A program made the translations under genes and the position numbers. From NCBI GenBank assembly GCA_963677485.1, contig OY781964.1, positions 2,784,001 to 2,848,000 of the forward strand: DNA of 64,000 nt, read 5' to 3'. Shown here piece after piece: positions 29,857 through 39,532 of the stretch. The stretch is from Armatimonadota bacterium (GTDB lineage: Bacteria > Armatimonadota > HRBIN16). Positions within the stretch are counted from its first letter, which is position 1, and every line of letters begins with the position of its first letter. The notes beneath the pieces were generated by a model. That model made no database searches. It saw nothing but the letters and a program-made list of their open reading frames with translations, and was not told the origin of the DNA.

Positions 29857-32800
29857 TCATTGGTTGTGCCATTTCAGCCAGAAAAGTGCCGTGTCGTATT
29901 GCGGCAATTGAACCTTATAGCTGGTGATGCCGGTGCCGATGACGGCTCCGGTGTAAGCATCGGTCACGTCCGCCGGCCTTGGCAGCACCACCTCACGCAG
30001 TGCTGTGGCACCACCATGAAGCCCGATGTTGTTGCTGCCGATATAGATTGGCTGGTCGTCCGTTGAATAGATAGGCACACCAGCGAGTTTCGCGATACCG
30101 CGGATCATTGTGGGGATCAAATGCGGCGCGGCACTGTAAAGCGATGTCCAGGTGGGATACCTCTTGATGACCGCTCCTGGCTTACCAGCCAGACTGACCG
30201 GTGAGATCAGGTTGCCGATGACCTCTGCGGATGGCTCATCAGGCAACAGCACAGGCGAGAAGGCACCGATACTGCCGTAGGGCTCACCCCAGCCCGCCTC
30301 AGGCTGCATCGTGACCACTCCGGGCTGCGGACTGATGGTCAGGTTGATGCCCGTCAGCTCACTGCTGTTCTGCACGGCCAGGCGATCAGTCGCGATCCCC
30401 TGCGCCCAGACCCACGCCAGCACACGACCACCGCTTTTGAGGTTGGTCTGTATCCACTTCCGGCGTTCGGGCGACAGGTGGAGAGAATCCAAGAAGAGGT
30501 AGGCTTTATACTTCGGCATCTTGGGATTATCAAGGTCGCTGTCCAGGTAGACATCAAACGGCACTCCCGAACGGTGCAGCGCCTCCCGCTGGTAGTAGAC
30601 CGCTGAGATCAGCGGCTCCGTCACCAGCGTGGTGTAGGGGGCCGCGCTGTCGCTGACGATGACCGCCAGCCGGTTGGGATCTGTCGGCGAAGGCAGTTTT
30701 TGACCCTTTTCGGCGATCTGGGATATCTGGGCCATGCTCTGCATGATCTTCGCGCTGCCCATGGTCCATGGCTGGCTGAAAGAATACCAGGTCACAGGCA
30801 CATCGACGGAAAGGTCCATCGCGGCTTCGCGGCGAAGCACACCCACCGATTGCTGCTCGGTATCCACGCGCCCGAACCCCTGGTTGGTCGGCGAAAGATG
30901 GGTGCGGATATCGCCCTGGTTGATCCAGAGCTTATTATGAAGCCGTATCGAGGCCAGCGCACTCATGTAACCGCCGGACTCACCCGCACGACGGTGGTCA
31001 TACGATGTGGGGGCCATCAGATAGTCCACATTGGGGCTGCGCAGCACGCCGCCCAGGTCGAAGTGTCCCGTATGCTGAGTGCAGAAGTTGCCGTAGAACT
31101 GCTCCATCACATAACCGTAGAACACGCCGGCCAGCTTCTTTCGATTCGTTTCGCGTTTGACGATACCGCAGAAATAGTCGATGGTATCTGAAGTAAGCTG
31201 CGAGAGGAATTCGGTGTAGTCGATGACCGCCTGCTCTTTGGCCGGATCACGCAGACTGCCGCTCTCCATGCTCTTGCGCGCCTCAGGCGTTGGGATGACG
31301 GCACTACTCAGGCTCACGTCCGAACTATTCCATGCCTTTTGCAACGCGGCATCCGTGCGGTAACGCCTACGCAGCCACTGTCGGAACCGGCGCACGGTGG
31401 GCTGACTGTAGTCCAGAAATGCGAAGTCCTGCCCGCCGTGGTACATCCACTCATAGCTGCCGCCTGCCGATGGCTGGTAGCCCACCACCCGGTCGGCATA
31501 TGGTGATGCCTCAACATGCTGGATGAACCTCGACATCGCCGCACCGGCATCTTGACGCCAGATTTCAGACGCAAGGCTGACCGTCTGGTGCTGATACCGC
31601 TCAAACACCTTGCCGTTATTGTCCTGGCAGAGCTCCTCGGGGTGCTCATCCTGCCACCAGTCGCCGTCGGAATCCACCAGCCAGGGGGCGAGGTCGACGT
31701 AGTAGATCATGATCACGCGGGCTTCGGGGTCGACTTGAAACAGCTTGACCAGCATGTCATCGATCTTGCGGTAGTCGTATTTGTTGTTGCCGATCCAGCC
31801 CATCTGGCGGGCATCCAGCCAATAGAGGTGCACACCGGCCTGGCTGAGAGCACGCATCTGCGGGGCACTGTGGAACTCATACATATAACCCGTCATCGGC
31901 ATCAGCTTGCTGCCTTCAAAAACCTGCGGACGGCCAAGATGGTTGCGCAAGGTGTAGCTTTGCCTCTTTATGGCGGGGGCTGCGATGTGGATATGCCCCA
32001 TCACATTGCCCGTTTTGCCGGAAAGCTGAGCGTTGGGGGCCTGCAGAACCAGCTCCGCCTTGCCTGCCCACATGCGGGAGGGCAGCTTGATGCTGACCGG
32101 CCCAACGGCGTTGGTGCGTCCGGGCACGCACTTTGTGAGGTTCACCGGGGCACTGGCCAGCACCACTCCTTGCTGTTTGATCTGCAGCTCAGACCCCGCG
32201 GCGATGGCCGAAGTGGGCTTTAGCTTCATTGAGACCTTGACGCTCTGCCCTGCTTTAGCCTGCTTGGGTACGCTCAGCGATAACAGCTTCACCGCAGGGT
32301 AGCTGATGGGCGTGACGTAGAGGTCATCCAGCTTCACGATCACCCGCTGGCCTGGGACCAGCCCGCCGAAGGAGATGATTACCTTCGCCGTCGGGAAGTC
32401 GAGATGGTTGTTTTGATCCTTGCTCCAGGATGACGAGACGAAACCCTTGAGTGGGAAACTGACATACTGCCATTGACCGCCTGGGGCCAACGTTACACCA
32501 GATGACTCATACACCGCGCCGTCGTCTTCCACGATGTTCAGTGCCGCTTTCATCGGATGTTTTGTGACATTCTGCACCCACACACCGACGGATTCAAAAG
32601 GGGCTTCAATGCGAGCCGGACCCCAGACGTCTGCGCCTGTCAGCTTGGGAACAAAATCCAGCTTCATGCATGATCCTGTGCGCCCCGCCGGGTCTGTGCT
32701 CATTGACCAGGCTGAGTATTCTGCCTTCATACGCGCTTCATCACGGCTGGTAGTCCAGGCACGTATGCTGTTGAAGCCATTGACCAGCGTGCGTTGAGGC

Positions 32801-33006
32801 GCCGCCTGCCCGGCGATCGCAAACGCCAACATGTACATGCAGACGAGGGCCCATATTATCCGATGGCCCGTAGGGGCGGGGTTTCCCCGCCCTGTAATTC
32901 GCCCGCATCCGTGACCCGTAGGGGCGGGGTTCCCCCGCCCTAGAATCCGAACGTCATTGGGCGGGGAAACCCCGCCCCTACGGCGTGTATACCAAAATGC
33001 CCTCAA
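29857..33006 (-). CDS. Secreted GH42-like protein, tandem paralogue of 26797-29829
   Basis: Collinear similarity (RVVGYQPSAGGSYEWMYHGGQD, CTQHTGHF). Probable start is TTG 33006, overlapping the sulfatase stop with GGAG upstream; the ORF-track extension to 33348 overlaps the sulfatase. Confidence 0.75.
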   Translation of the reverse strand: MRAFWYTRRRGGVSPPNDVRILGRGNPAPTGHGCGRITGRGNPAPTGHRIIWALVCMYMLAFAIAGQAAPQRTLVNGFNSIRAWTTSRDEARMKAEYSAWSMSTDPAGRTGSCMKLDFVPKLTGADVWGPARIEAPFESVGVWVQNVTKHPMKAALNIVEDDGAVYESSGVTLAPGGQWQYVSFPLKGFVSSSWSKDQNNHLDFPTAKVIISFGGLVPGQRVIVKLDDLYVTPISYPAVKLLSLSVPKQAKAGQSVKVSMKLKPTSAIAAGSELQIKQQGVVLASAPVNLTKCVPGRTNAVGPVSIKLPSRMWAGKAELVLQAPNAQLSGKTGNVMGHIHIAAPAIKRQSYTLRNHLGRPQVFEGSKLMPMTGYMYEFHSAPQMRALSQAGVHLYWLDARQMGWIGNNKYDYRKIDDMLVKLFQVDPEARVIMIYYVDLAPWLVDSDGDWWQDEHPEELCQDNNGKVFERYQHQTVSLASEIWRQDAGAAMSRFIQHVEASPYADRVVGYQPSAGGSYEWMYHGGQDFAFLDYSQPTVRRFRQWLRRRYRTDAALQKAWNSSDVSLSSAVIPTPEARKSMESGSLRDPAKEQAVIDYTEFLSQLTSDTIDYFCGIVKRETNRKKLAGVFYGYVMEQFYGNFCTQHTGHFDLGGVLRSPNVDYLMAPTSYDHRRAGESGGYMSALASIRLHNKLWINQGDIRTHLSPTNQGFGRVDTEQQSVGVLRREAAMDLSVDVPVTWYSFSQPWTMGSAKIMQSMAQISQIAEKGQKLPSPTDPNRLAVIVSDSAAPYTTLVTEPLISAVYYQREALHRSGVPFDVYLDSDLDNPKMPKYKAYLFLDSLHLSPERRKWIQTNLKSGGRVLAWVWAQGIATDRLAVQNSSELTGINLTISPQPGVVTMQPEAGWGEPYGSIGAFSPVLLPDEPSAEVIGNLISPVSLAGKPGAVIKRYPTWTSLYSAAPHLIPTMIRGIAKLAGVPIYSTDDQPIYIGSNNIGLHGGATALREVVLPRPADVTDAYTGAVIGTGITSYKVQLPQYDTALFWLKWHNQ
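32870..32981. repeat. Three GTAG-type REP palindromes GTAGGGGCGGGGTT(T/C)CCCCGCCC
   Basis: Copies at 32870-32892, 32918-32940 and inverted 32959-32981. Confidence 0.85.
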
Positions 33007-34451
33007 GGCAGCTTCTCCACGTGATGCCCACGCCCGGTTTCGCGAAGCCGTTTGGCATACCGTTCGCGAAGACCCCGCACATGCCACGGACCGCCTTCGT
33101 GCATCACGGTCCATAGCGGGTCGACCGGCTGGCTGCTGGTGACCATCATCTCCGTGTGCCACTCTGCCAAAAATGCCTCGGCCTGGTTGACGATGTCCGG
33201 CCGTTGATCGGCCAGATTCGTGGTTTCGTGAGGGTCGTCCTCGATGTTGAACAGCATATGCGACGGGTAGTCCTTGAACCCAGCGTGGTAGGTGCGGATC
33301 ATCACCCAAGGCCCAAACCGCACCGCTCGCTGGCAGCTCCAGGCACACTGGCTGAGCACCAGATAATCACGGCCTGTGGGTGTACCCTCACGCAGTGATT
33401 CCGCAAAACTGATGCCGTCCCAGACGGCCGGACTCTGACCGCCTAGCAGCTCCACCGTGGTAGGCGGCAGGTCGAGGTTGTAGTGCAGGCCATCATCCAC
33501 CGCACCCTGGCGCATACCGGGCCAGGAGACTATCAACGGGATGTGGCTGCAGATATGGTCAGCGGTCTGATGGTCGCCATATACGTTTAGCTCGCCGAGG
33601 TTCTCACCGTGGTCAGAGCTGATGATCACCGCGGTGTCCTCCAGCACACCCTGTGCTTCCAGGCAATCGATGATCTGCCCAATGTGGTCGTCCATATACC
33701 GGATCCCGGTGTCGTATCCGTCGATCCATCGGCGGAAGTCATCGAGATTGTTTATTGTGGTGGGCACCCTCGGGTAGGGGTAGTTGATAGGCTGCTCCAT
33801 GTCGATCGGCTCCTGTGCAGAGTGCGGACCGAAGCTGGCACGGTGCTCATCGATAATCTCCTGGGTCAGCCAGTCGGGGATCGGCTCGCCCTCGAAGGGG
33901 TTGCCACACTCCATGGGCGTGCGGTAAGGGGTGTGGGGATCCCAGAAGTTGACCTGCAGAAACCAGTTGTCGCTCTGGCCGTTCTGCTGCAGCCAGTTGA
34001 GGGCCACCGGCGCGATCTCGTCGGCGCGTTCCATCCCGCCTTTGCCGGTGTTGATCATCTCGTTGAAGCCGGTGTAGAACCACCACGCGGAGTGCCGCTC
34101 CGCAAATGGGCTGACCGATACCGTATGATACCCCGCCCTGCGCAGCATCATGGGCCAGGCCGTGCGGGATGCTGCCGTTCCAAAACCGCGGCTTGTGCCC
34201 TCAATGCAGGGATCTGCCGCGGTGCCCCCATGCCCCACCACGCCGGTGTGGATGCCAAACCGGCCGCTGAAGAGTGCGGATCGGGAGGGCAGGCAAGGTG
34301 CATCGGTGGCGTAGTAGTTCTCGAAGCGCACGCCTCTTGCCGCGATGCGGTCGATGTTCGGCGAGGTGTTCCGCTGGTAGCCGTAGCAGCCCAGATGGTC
34401 CGGGCGCAGGGTATCAAGGTCGAGATATAGTATTCGCACAGTCGTCTCCAT
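33003..34451 (-). CDS. Sulfatase (Cys-type, formylglycine-dependent)
   Basis: DLDTLRPDHLGCYGY, CLPSR (CxPxR), DPHTPY, SDHGE and LFNIEDDPHE. Confidence 0.92.
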   Translation of the reverse strand: METTVRILYLDLDTLRPDHLGCYGYQRNTSPNIDRIAARGVRFENYYATDAPCLPSRSALFSGRFGIHTGVVGHGGTAADPCIEGTSRGFGTAASRTAWPMMLRRAGYHTVSVSPFAERHSAWWFYTGFNEMINTGKGGMERADEIAPVALNWLQQNGQSDNWFLQVNFWDPHTPYRTPMECGNPFEGEPIPDWLTQEIIDEHRASFGPHSAQEPIDMEQPINYPYPRVPTTINNLDDFRRWIDGYDTGIRYMDDHIGQIIDCLEAQGVLEDTAVIISSDHGENLGELNVYGDHQTADHICSHIPLIVSWPGMRQGAVDDGLHYNLDLPPTTVELLGGQSPAVWDGISFAESLREGTPTGRDYLVLSQCAWSCQRAVRFGPWVMIRTYHAGFKDYPSHMLFNIEDDPHETTNLADQRPDIVNQAEAFLAEWHTEMMVTSSQPVDPLWTVMHEGGPWHVRGLRERYAKRLRETGRGHHVEKLP

Positions 34452-34596
34452 GGGTGTGTTGTCTTCTGGTTACCAATTCGGGATTTGGAGACGGAATACC
34501 TGCATGAGGCGGGAGGGATCGTCTCACGCGACACCACAGGTGACGGCGAGAAGACGCGAAGGGGTGGTTACACATGAACTAAAGTGCATGAGTTCA

Positions 34597-34668
34597 TTCA
34601 TTATTAGATTCATTATATATTTCATTTTAAATTTCAAAATTTATTTCAATTTATATGTCAGTTAATAC
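34597..34668 (+). repeat. AT-rich array with exact 12-bp periodicity upstream of the Fic gene
   Basis: TCA at 34598, 34610, 34622, 34634, 34646 and 34658. Confidence 0.75.
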
Positions 34669-34716
34669 TTAAATAGTGCATAATAGGTAGTAATACCATC
34701 CATAAGGAGCACGAAA

Positions 34717-35901
34717 ATGAAATATGAGAGCTCGCATCTGTGGCTGCAGTTTCGGTATGACTACAGGCAGATACCACCGCATGTATGGACGATTATAGGC
34801 GAATGTGCCAGCAAAATCGACCACATCATACACACGCCGTTGAATGCCGAGATTCGCAAGCTCATGCATGATGTCTGCCTCATCAAAGGTGCTCAGGCCA
34901 CCACGGCAATTGAAGGTAATACGCTCAGTGAGGAACAGATCAGGTCGATCTTGGAGCACAAATCCACTGTGCCCCCCAGCTTCAAATACCAGGAGCGAGA
35001 GGTTGGTAATATCCTGAGGTTGTTTGGTGATGTAAGTGCTCATATGGTGTTAGCTCAAAGCTCCAGGATTTCACATAGTAATGTGTGCGAGTGGAACAGG
35101 CGAATACTTGAGGGTGCCGAAACGGAAGGTGTGCCAGGCAGGATTCGTGAGGTGGAGGTCGGCGTATCCAACTACCTCGGTGCGCCAGCTCAGGACTGCG
35201 AGTGGTTGCTGAACAGGCTTTGCACTTGGAATAACGAGCTCCAAACAGGGCACGAAAAAGAGTTGAAGCTAGATGTCACGAGCAATGCAATCCTGCGCGC
35301 GATCATCATGCATCTGTATTTTGTATGGATCCATCCATTTCAGGATGGCAACGGTAGAACGGCTCGCTTGTTTGAATTTGCGATTCTTCTAGGTTCGGGT
35401 GTGCCTACTCCGGCGGCCCATCTACTGAGCAATTTCTACAACCGCACGAGGGATATGTACTACCGACGGTTGGATGACGCGAGCAAGCTCCATAATGGGT
35501 TGCCGTTATTTATTGAGTATGCAGTGACAGGCCTGCGCGACCAACTGGTGGACCAGCTGGATCTATATATCTACCCTCAACTCTGGCACTTGACGCTTCA
35601 GGATCAAATTGCGGTAATGTTCCGAAAGGAGACCGGTAAAACTGCCGACCGAAGACGGCTGCTCATCGAGACGATGACCGGAGACAACGCCTTGTTGTGG
35701 AAGCCAGTCGCCATGAGTGAGCTGCGGCGTATTAGCGTTGATGTTGGGGTGAAGTATGCCGACATCAGCGACTCCACCTTGAGGCGTGATGTATTGTGGC
35801 TGGTCGAGCAAAAGCTGCTCACCGTCACGGGTGATCAGGTGGCGGTGGCATTGGGAAGTGTGGTGGAGAAGCTACCCGACAGGCGCATTGAACGGGCGTA
35901 G
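34717..35901 (+). CDS. Fic family protein with internal inhibitory helix and C-terminal wHTH
   Basis: HPFQDGNGRTAR Fic motif; ATTAIEGN inhibitory motif; C-terminal ISDSTLRRDVLWLVEQKLL HTH; AAGGAG RBS. Confidence 0.9.
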   Translation: MKYESSHLWLQFRYDYRQIPPHVWTIIGECASKIDHIIHTPLNAEIRKLMHDVCLIKGAQATTAIEGNTLSEEQIRSILEHKSTVPPSFKYQEREVGNILRLFGDVSAHMVLAQSSRISHSNVCEWNRRILEGAETEGVPGRIREVEVGVSNYLGAPAQDCEWLLNRLCTWNNELQTGHEKELKLDVTSNAILRAIIMHLYFVWIHPFQDGNGRTARLFEFAILLGSGVPTPAAHLLSNFYNRTRDMYYRRLDDASKLHNGLPLFIEYAVTGLRDQLVDQLDLYIYPQLWHLTLQDQIAVMFRKETGKTADRRRLLIETMTGDNALLWKPVAMSELRRISVDVGVKYADISDSTLRRDVLWLVEQKLLTVTGDQVAVALGSVVEKLPDRRIERA

Positions 35902-35988
35902 ATGCTTTACCGGTTGAGCTAAACAGGGAAGTCAAGACCGGCCCGGAAATGGAAAACCGGTCCGGTCATATAGTATCCGAGCCGGCCA

Positions 35989-37089
35989 TCACCTCACCCG
36001 CCCCAGCTTCACCAGTGTGCCCTCATCTTGCTTCTCGTATTGCACCAACAGGGAGCCCCGGTTTTTGCCATAGCGTAGTTGCGTCACGCCCGGGAAATAT
36101 ATGGTGTACCGGCTGTCGATGGTCTGCGCGCGGCTCTGCCAACGGCCGCCCTCGTCGAGACTCAGCACACACTTCAAGTTCATCTCCAGCTTCCCGGTGG
36201 AGATCACACCAGGGGCGAGTCGGTCCTCATCGGTGGTGAACACGCACAGAAGAGCACCGTTCTCCAACCGGACCATCCAGGGAGCGGTGACGTTGAAGTT
36301 GCGGTCGGCGGGCTCATACAGCGTTGCTCGCTCCTGCTTCTGCCAGCTCCAGCTTTTCCCGCCGTCGTCGGATGTGGTGGTTCGCAACAATCCCCGGTGC
36401 GGCGGGTAGTTTTGCACGCCTTCAAACGCGCAGATCAGCCGCCTGCTGGGCAGCTCTACCACACTGCACATGCCGTCGCGCGAGAGGTGGCTGGGGTCGT
36501 GCGCCCGGCTGACCGTCACCGGGTTCATCCAACTGCAGAGCACCGGATCCCAGCTCCTCATGGTGAGCCACTGGTGCCGCGGAAAGCCCAGGGTTGACGG
36601 CGTGACTTCATCGTCGTAATAACACTGAAGCGTGCCGTCGCGCCTCTGCAACAGGAACGTGGACCACAGCCCTGCTTTGGTGCCGTGCGACGAGGTGATG
36701 TCCGAGTGGTGCGACCAGGTGAGCCCGTTGTCGCAGCTTTGAGCGACCCTTAGCCGAAATATCCGCTGAGCGATGGGGAGATCACTATGACACAGGTTAT
36801 CGCGGTAAGAGTAGAGCAGCCTGCCGTCGCGGAGCTGGGTCATGTGACCATCGCCGATGTCCGCACCTATAGCAGGGTTATAGGCGACCCGGCTGAGGTA
36901 TTCCCAGCGGAGCCCGCCATCCAGACTGCGGTGGCACTGCACCTCGAAACCACCTGTGCTGACGGGTACCGTCTTGGTGACCAGTACTGATCCGTTGCGC
37001 AGCTCCAGCGGTGTCTTGAAACCGGCACCGCGATGCGCATCGGCATCCCAGATGATACTCGGTCGTGCGTTGATAATGAATAACCTCAC
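35989..37089 (-). CDS. BNR/Asp-box beta-propeller protein (sialidase-like)
   Basis: Asp boxes SLDGGLRW, SCDNGLTW, SDDGGKSW and SLDEGGRW; start uncertain. Confidence 0.75.
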   Translation of the reverse strand: MRLFIINARPSIIWDADAHRGAGFKTPLELRNGSVLVTKTVPVSTGGFEVQCHRSLDGGLRWEYLSRVAYNPAIGADIGDGHMTQLRDGRLLYSYRDNLCHSDLPIAQRIFRLRVAQSCDNGLTWSHHSDITSSHGTKAGLWSTFLLQRRDGTLQCYYDDEVTPSTLGFPRHQWLTMRSWDPVLCSWMNPVTVSRAHDPSHLSRDGMCSVVELPSRRLICAFEGVQNYPPHRGLLRTTTSDDGGKSWSWQKQERATLYEPADRNFNVTAPWMVRLENGALLCVFTTDEDRLAPGVISTGKLEMNLKCVLSLDEGGRWQSRAQTIDSRYTIYFPGVTQLRYGKNRGSLLVQYEKQDEGTLVKLGRVR

Positions 37090-37204
37090 ATGATGGCGTG
37101 CCTAATGATACTATAGCCAACCCAGGGTGTCCTGTGCACCTCTGCGTGTGTATACTTCTTATAGAACCGGCTTCTCTGCGGTCACGAAAGCGAGCGACAA
37201 CCCG

Positions 37205-39307
37205 ATGCGAACCCTCATATGCAGCCTGATACTCTTCACCGTGGTGCTGATGCCATCCCTAGCCCAGCCAGCGGAAGAGCAGCCGCCCGCCTGCCAGATC
37301 AATGTGCTGGTAGCCGATGGCAAATGGGTGAAGCAGCCGCTGGTGATCAACGACCGCGCGCAGGCGGACGAGAATGTGCAGCGAATCCGTCAGATCATCG
37401 AAGCGGCTCCCGCCGGTGCCGCGATCCATTTCCCGGCCGGCGACTATTACCTTCACGGCTCCGCGCTGCCCAACCGCGGCTCGGTGGAGACAACCCAGCC
37501 CGGACAGGTGATCTACGGCGATGGGGCCGACGTGACCAACTTCATCCAAACCGATGGACGCAAAGACTTCGGCTTCACCTGCGATCAGGCCCGCAAGCGC
37601 GTGCCCACCGCCACGGTGCGTGTGCGTCACAAAGGCTGTCGCGTGAGGGACCTCAGCGTGCTGGTTGACCCCACCCTGCCGCAATTCGCGATCATCCCCT
37701 CGGCGGCCGTTCAGTTGGCGCACATCAAGTATTTCGCTGATGGCAACATCGGCATCATCGAAACCACCGGTCAAGGCGCGGACTACCTGCTGGATTACAT
37801 CAACATCACCAGCGTGAACGTGGGGCGCAACATCAAGTCGGGCATTCAGGGATGGCATTTCTTTGAGGTGGGTGTGGACATCGTGGGCTCCGGCGGCGAG
37901 GTGAAGGTGTATGACATGGACCGCATAGACGCCAAAACCGGCGTGCGACTGGACAACGGCAACCACTGCGGTCAAGGCGGCTATTACTTTGAAAACTTGG
38001 AGAACACCGGCCGGCATGGCGTCACCAACGGCGGGGTGTTCTTCGACTGGGTGGGCGGTCAGGCCCCCATGCTGCGCAACTGCAATGTGGGCTTCAATAA
38101 CGGTCTGCACGCGGGCGCGATGGGGGCGTTTGGGGATCGGTTTGAGCCCTTCCCTGAGGGTGAAGTGGTGCGTCGCGCCGGCAAAAACTGGGACTGGCTG
38201 ACACTGCACGGTCATGCGGTGGTGGATGAGCCTAACCCGGCGCAACGCACGGAGTGGTACGGTCTGCCTCGATACGTGGAGCGGGTAGTGCGGATCGGCA
38301 GTGAACCGCGCACCGGCGGCACCGAGTGGATCGAGGGCCGCGACTTTAGCGTGGAGACCATCACCAAGGACGGGGATCTGAAACAGGCCTCCAAAATCCA
38401 CTGGATCACCGAAGGGCCAGCGCCGAACTCCATCTACTACGTCACCTTCCAGCAGCCCAAAGAGTATCGCGTGCATGACCTCGAGTGGGGTTACCTCATC
38501 AACAGCCAGTTGGGCGAGGCATTGCAGACCGCGGCCGATGGCTACGCGTTGAAGTTTGATGACCAGGGGTTTGGCTACAAGAACCCCGATTTCCGGTATG
38601 GTGTGGGTTACGGCTTCCAGATTTCCAACACGCTGGTGCTGAACGGGCTGATGGTGTTCAAGGGGTATGTGGACTATGTCAGCGTGCTGAACAACACCAT
38701 GGCGGCCTGCAACTTTTCGATTGAAGGATACGCGATGGACCGCATGGCCAGCCGGATCACCCTCAACGGCAACAAGATGAACGGCTTGAGTATCGGCGAC
38801 TACGTGGCGCAGATCACCTTTGAGGGCAACGAGACGGGCGGGATCGTGAAACTGAACGCACCAAACCATGCCGATGACATCAACATCAACCGCAACACGC
38901 TGGTCTCCGGCGACCTCAGCGCGGTCGACCTGTCGGGCCACATCATCAACCTGCGAATGGAGAGCAACGACCTGCGCTTGACCGGCGGTTACGGCATCAA
39001 GCTGAAGGGCGTGACCGATGGCATCATCGCACGCAACAACCTCAACGGGGCCTCCCAGGACGGGCTGTTTGTGGAGGCCAGCAAACGGCTGATCATCAGC
39101 GAGAACATCGCCAACCGCTGCAATAACGGCATTACAGTCGCCACCGGTGCTGAGAGCGGGATATCGCTGCGGGGTAACCTCTGTGCTGATAACCGCCAGG
39201 CGGGCATCCGCATCCTCAGCCCCAGCGGCAAACTGCCCAGGGGGTTGGTACTGAAGGACAACAATCTTGAGGGCAACCCGAAGGCGGTAGCGGTCGCCAA
39301 GCCGTAG
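37205..39307 (+). CDS. Secreted right-handed parallel beta-helix protein (pectin-lyase-like fold)
   Basis: Signal peptide MRTLICSLILF; IHFPAGDYY...IYGDG pectate_lyase_3-type start; C-terminal I..N...G PbH1 repeats. Confidence 0.75.
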   Translation: MRTLICSLILFTVVLMPSLAQPAEEQPPACQINVLVADGKWVKQPLVINDRAQADENVQRIRQIIEAAPAGAAIHFPAGDYYLHGSALPNRGSVETTQPGQVIYGDGADVTNFIQTDGRKDFGFTCDQARKRVPTATVRVRHKGCRVRDLSVLVDPTLPQFAIIPSAAVQLAHIKYFADGNIGIIETTGQGADYLLDYINITSVNVGRNIKSGIQGWHFFEVGVDIVGSGGEVKVYDMDRIDAKTGVRLDNGNHCGQGGYYFENLENTGRHGVTNGGVFFDWVGGQAPMLRNCNVGFNNGLHAGAMGAFGDRFEPFPEGEVVRRAGKNWDWLTLHGHAVVDEPNPAQRTEWYGLPRYVERVVRIGSEPRTGGTEWIEGRDFSVETITKDGDLKQASKIHWITEGPAPNSIYYVTFQQPKEYRVHDLEWGYLINSQLGEALQTAADGYALKFDDQGFGYKNPDFRYGVGYGFQISNTLVLNGLMVFKGYVDYVSVLNNTMAACNFSIEGYAMDRMASRITLNGNKMNGLSIGDYVAQITFEGNETGGIVKLNAPNHADDININRNTLVSGDLSAVDLSGHIINLRMESNDLRLTGGYGIKLKGVTDGIIARNNLNGASQDGLFVEASKRLIISENIANRCNNGITVATGAESGISLRGNLCADNRQAGIRILSPSGKLPRGLVLKDNNLEGNPKAVAVAKP

Positions 39308-39317
39308 GGGAGGGGAA

Positions 39318-39476
39318 TTAACCGCGGATAGACGCGAATGAACACGGATGGGAATGGCTTACGCGAAGACGCGAAGACGCGAAGGGGTAGCCAAGCCATG
39401 TCCTACTCGTCTTACTCATCCTACGTGTCCTTTTGGGGGCTTTTTTAACCGCGAATGAACACGAATGAACGCGAAT
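39318..39476. repeat. Triplet repeat mosaic (four module types)
   Basis: TTAACCGCGGATAGACGCGAATGAACACGGAT, ACGCGAAGACGCGAAGACGCGAAG, GTCCTACTCGTCTTACTCATC and TTAACCGCGAATGAACACGAATGAACGCGAAT. Confidence 0.8.
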
Positions 39477-39532
39477 GCCGGACGGCAACCGCCTGTGGAA
39501 CTCCGTGCATACCGTGCCATGACTGATCATCT

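Noticed and set aside
26797-33006. DGR template/variable repeat or recent duplication
   Set aside because: The paralogues diverge throughout their length rather than only at adenines, and there is no reverse transcriptase.
33007-33348. N-terminal extension of the 1163-aa ORF
   Set aside because: It overlaps the sulfatase C-terminus in another frame and has no protein-like composition.
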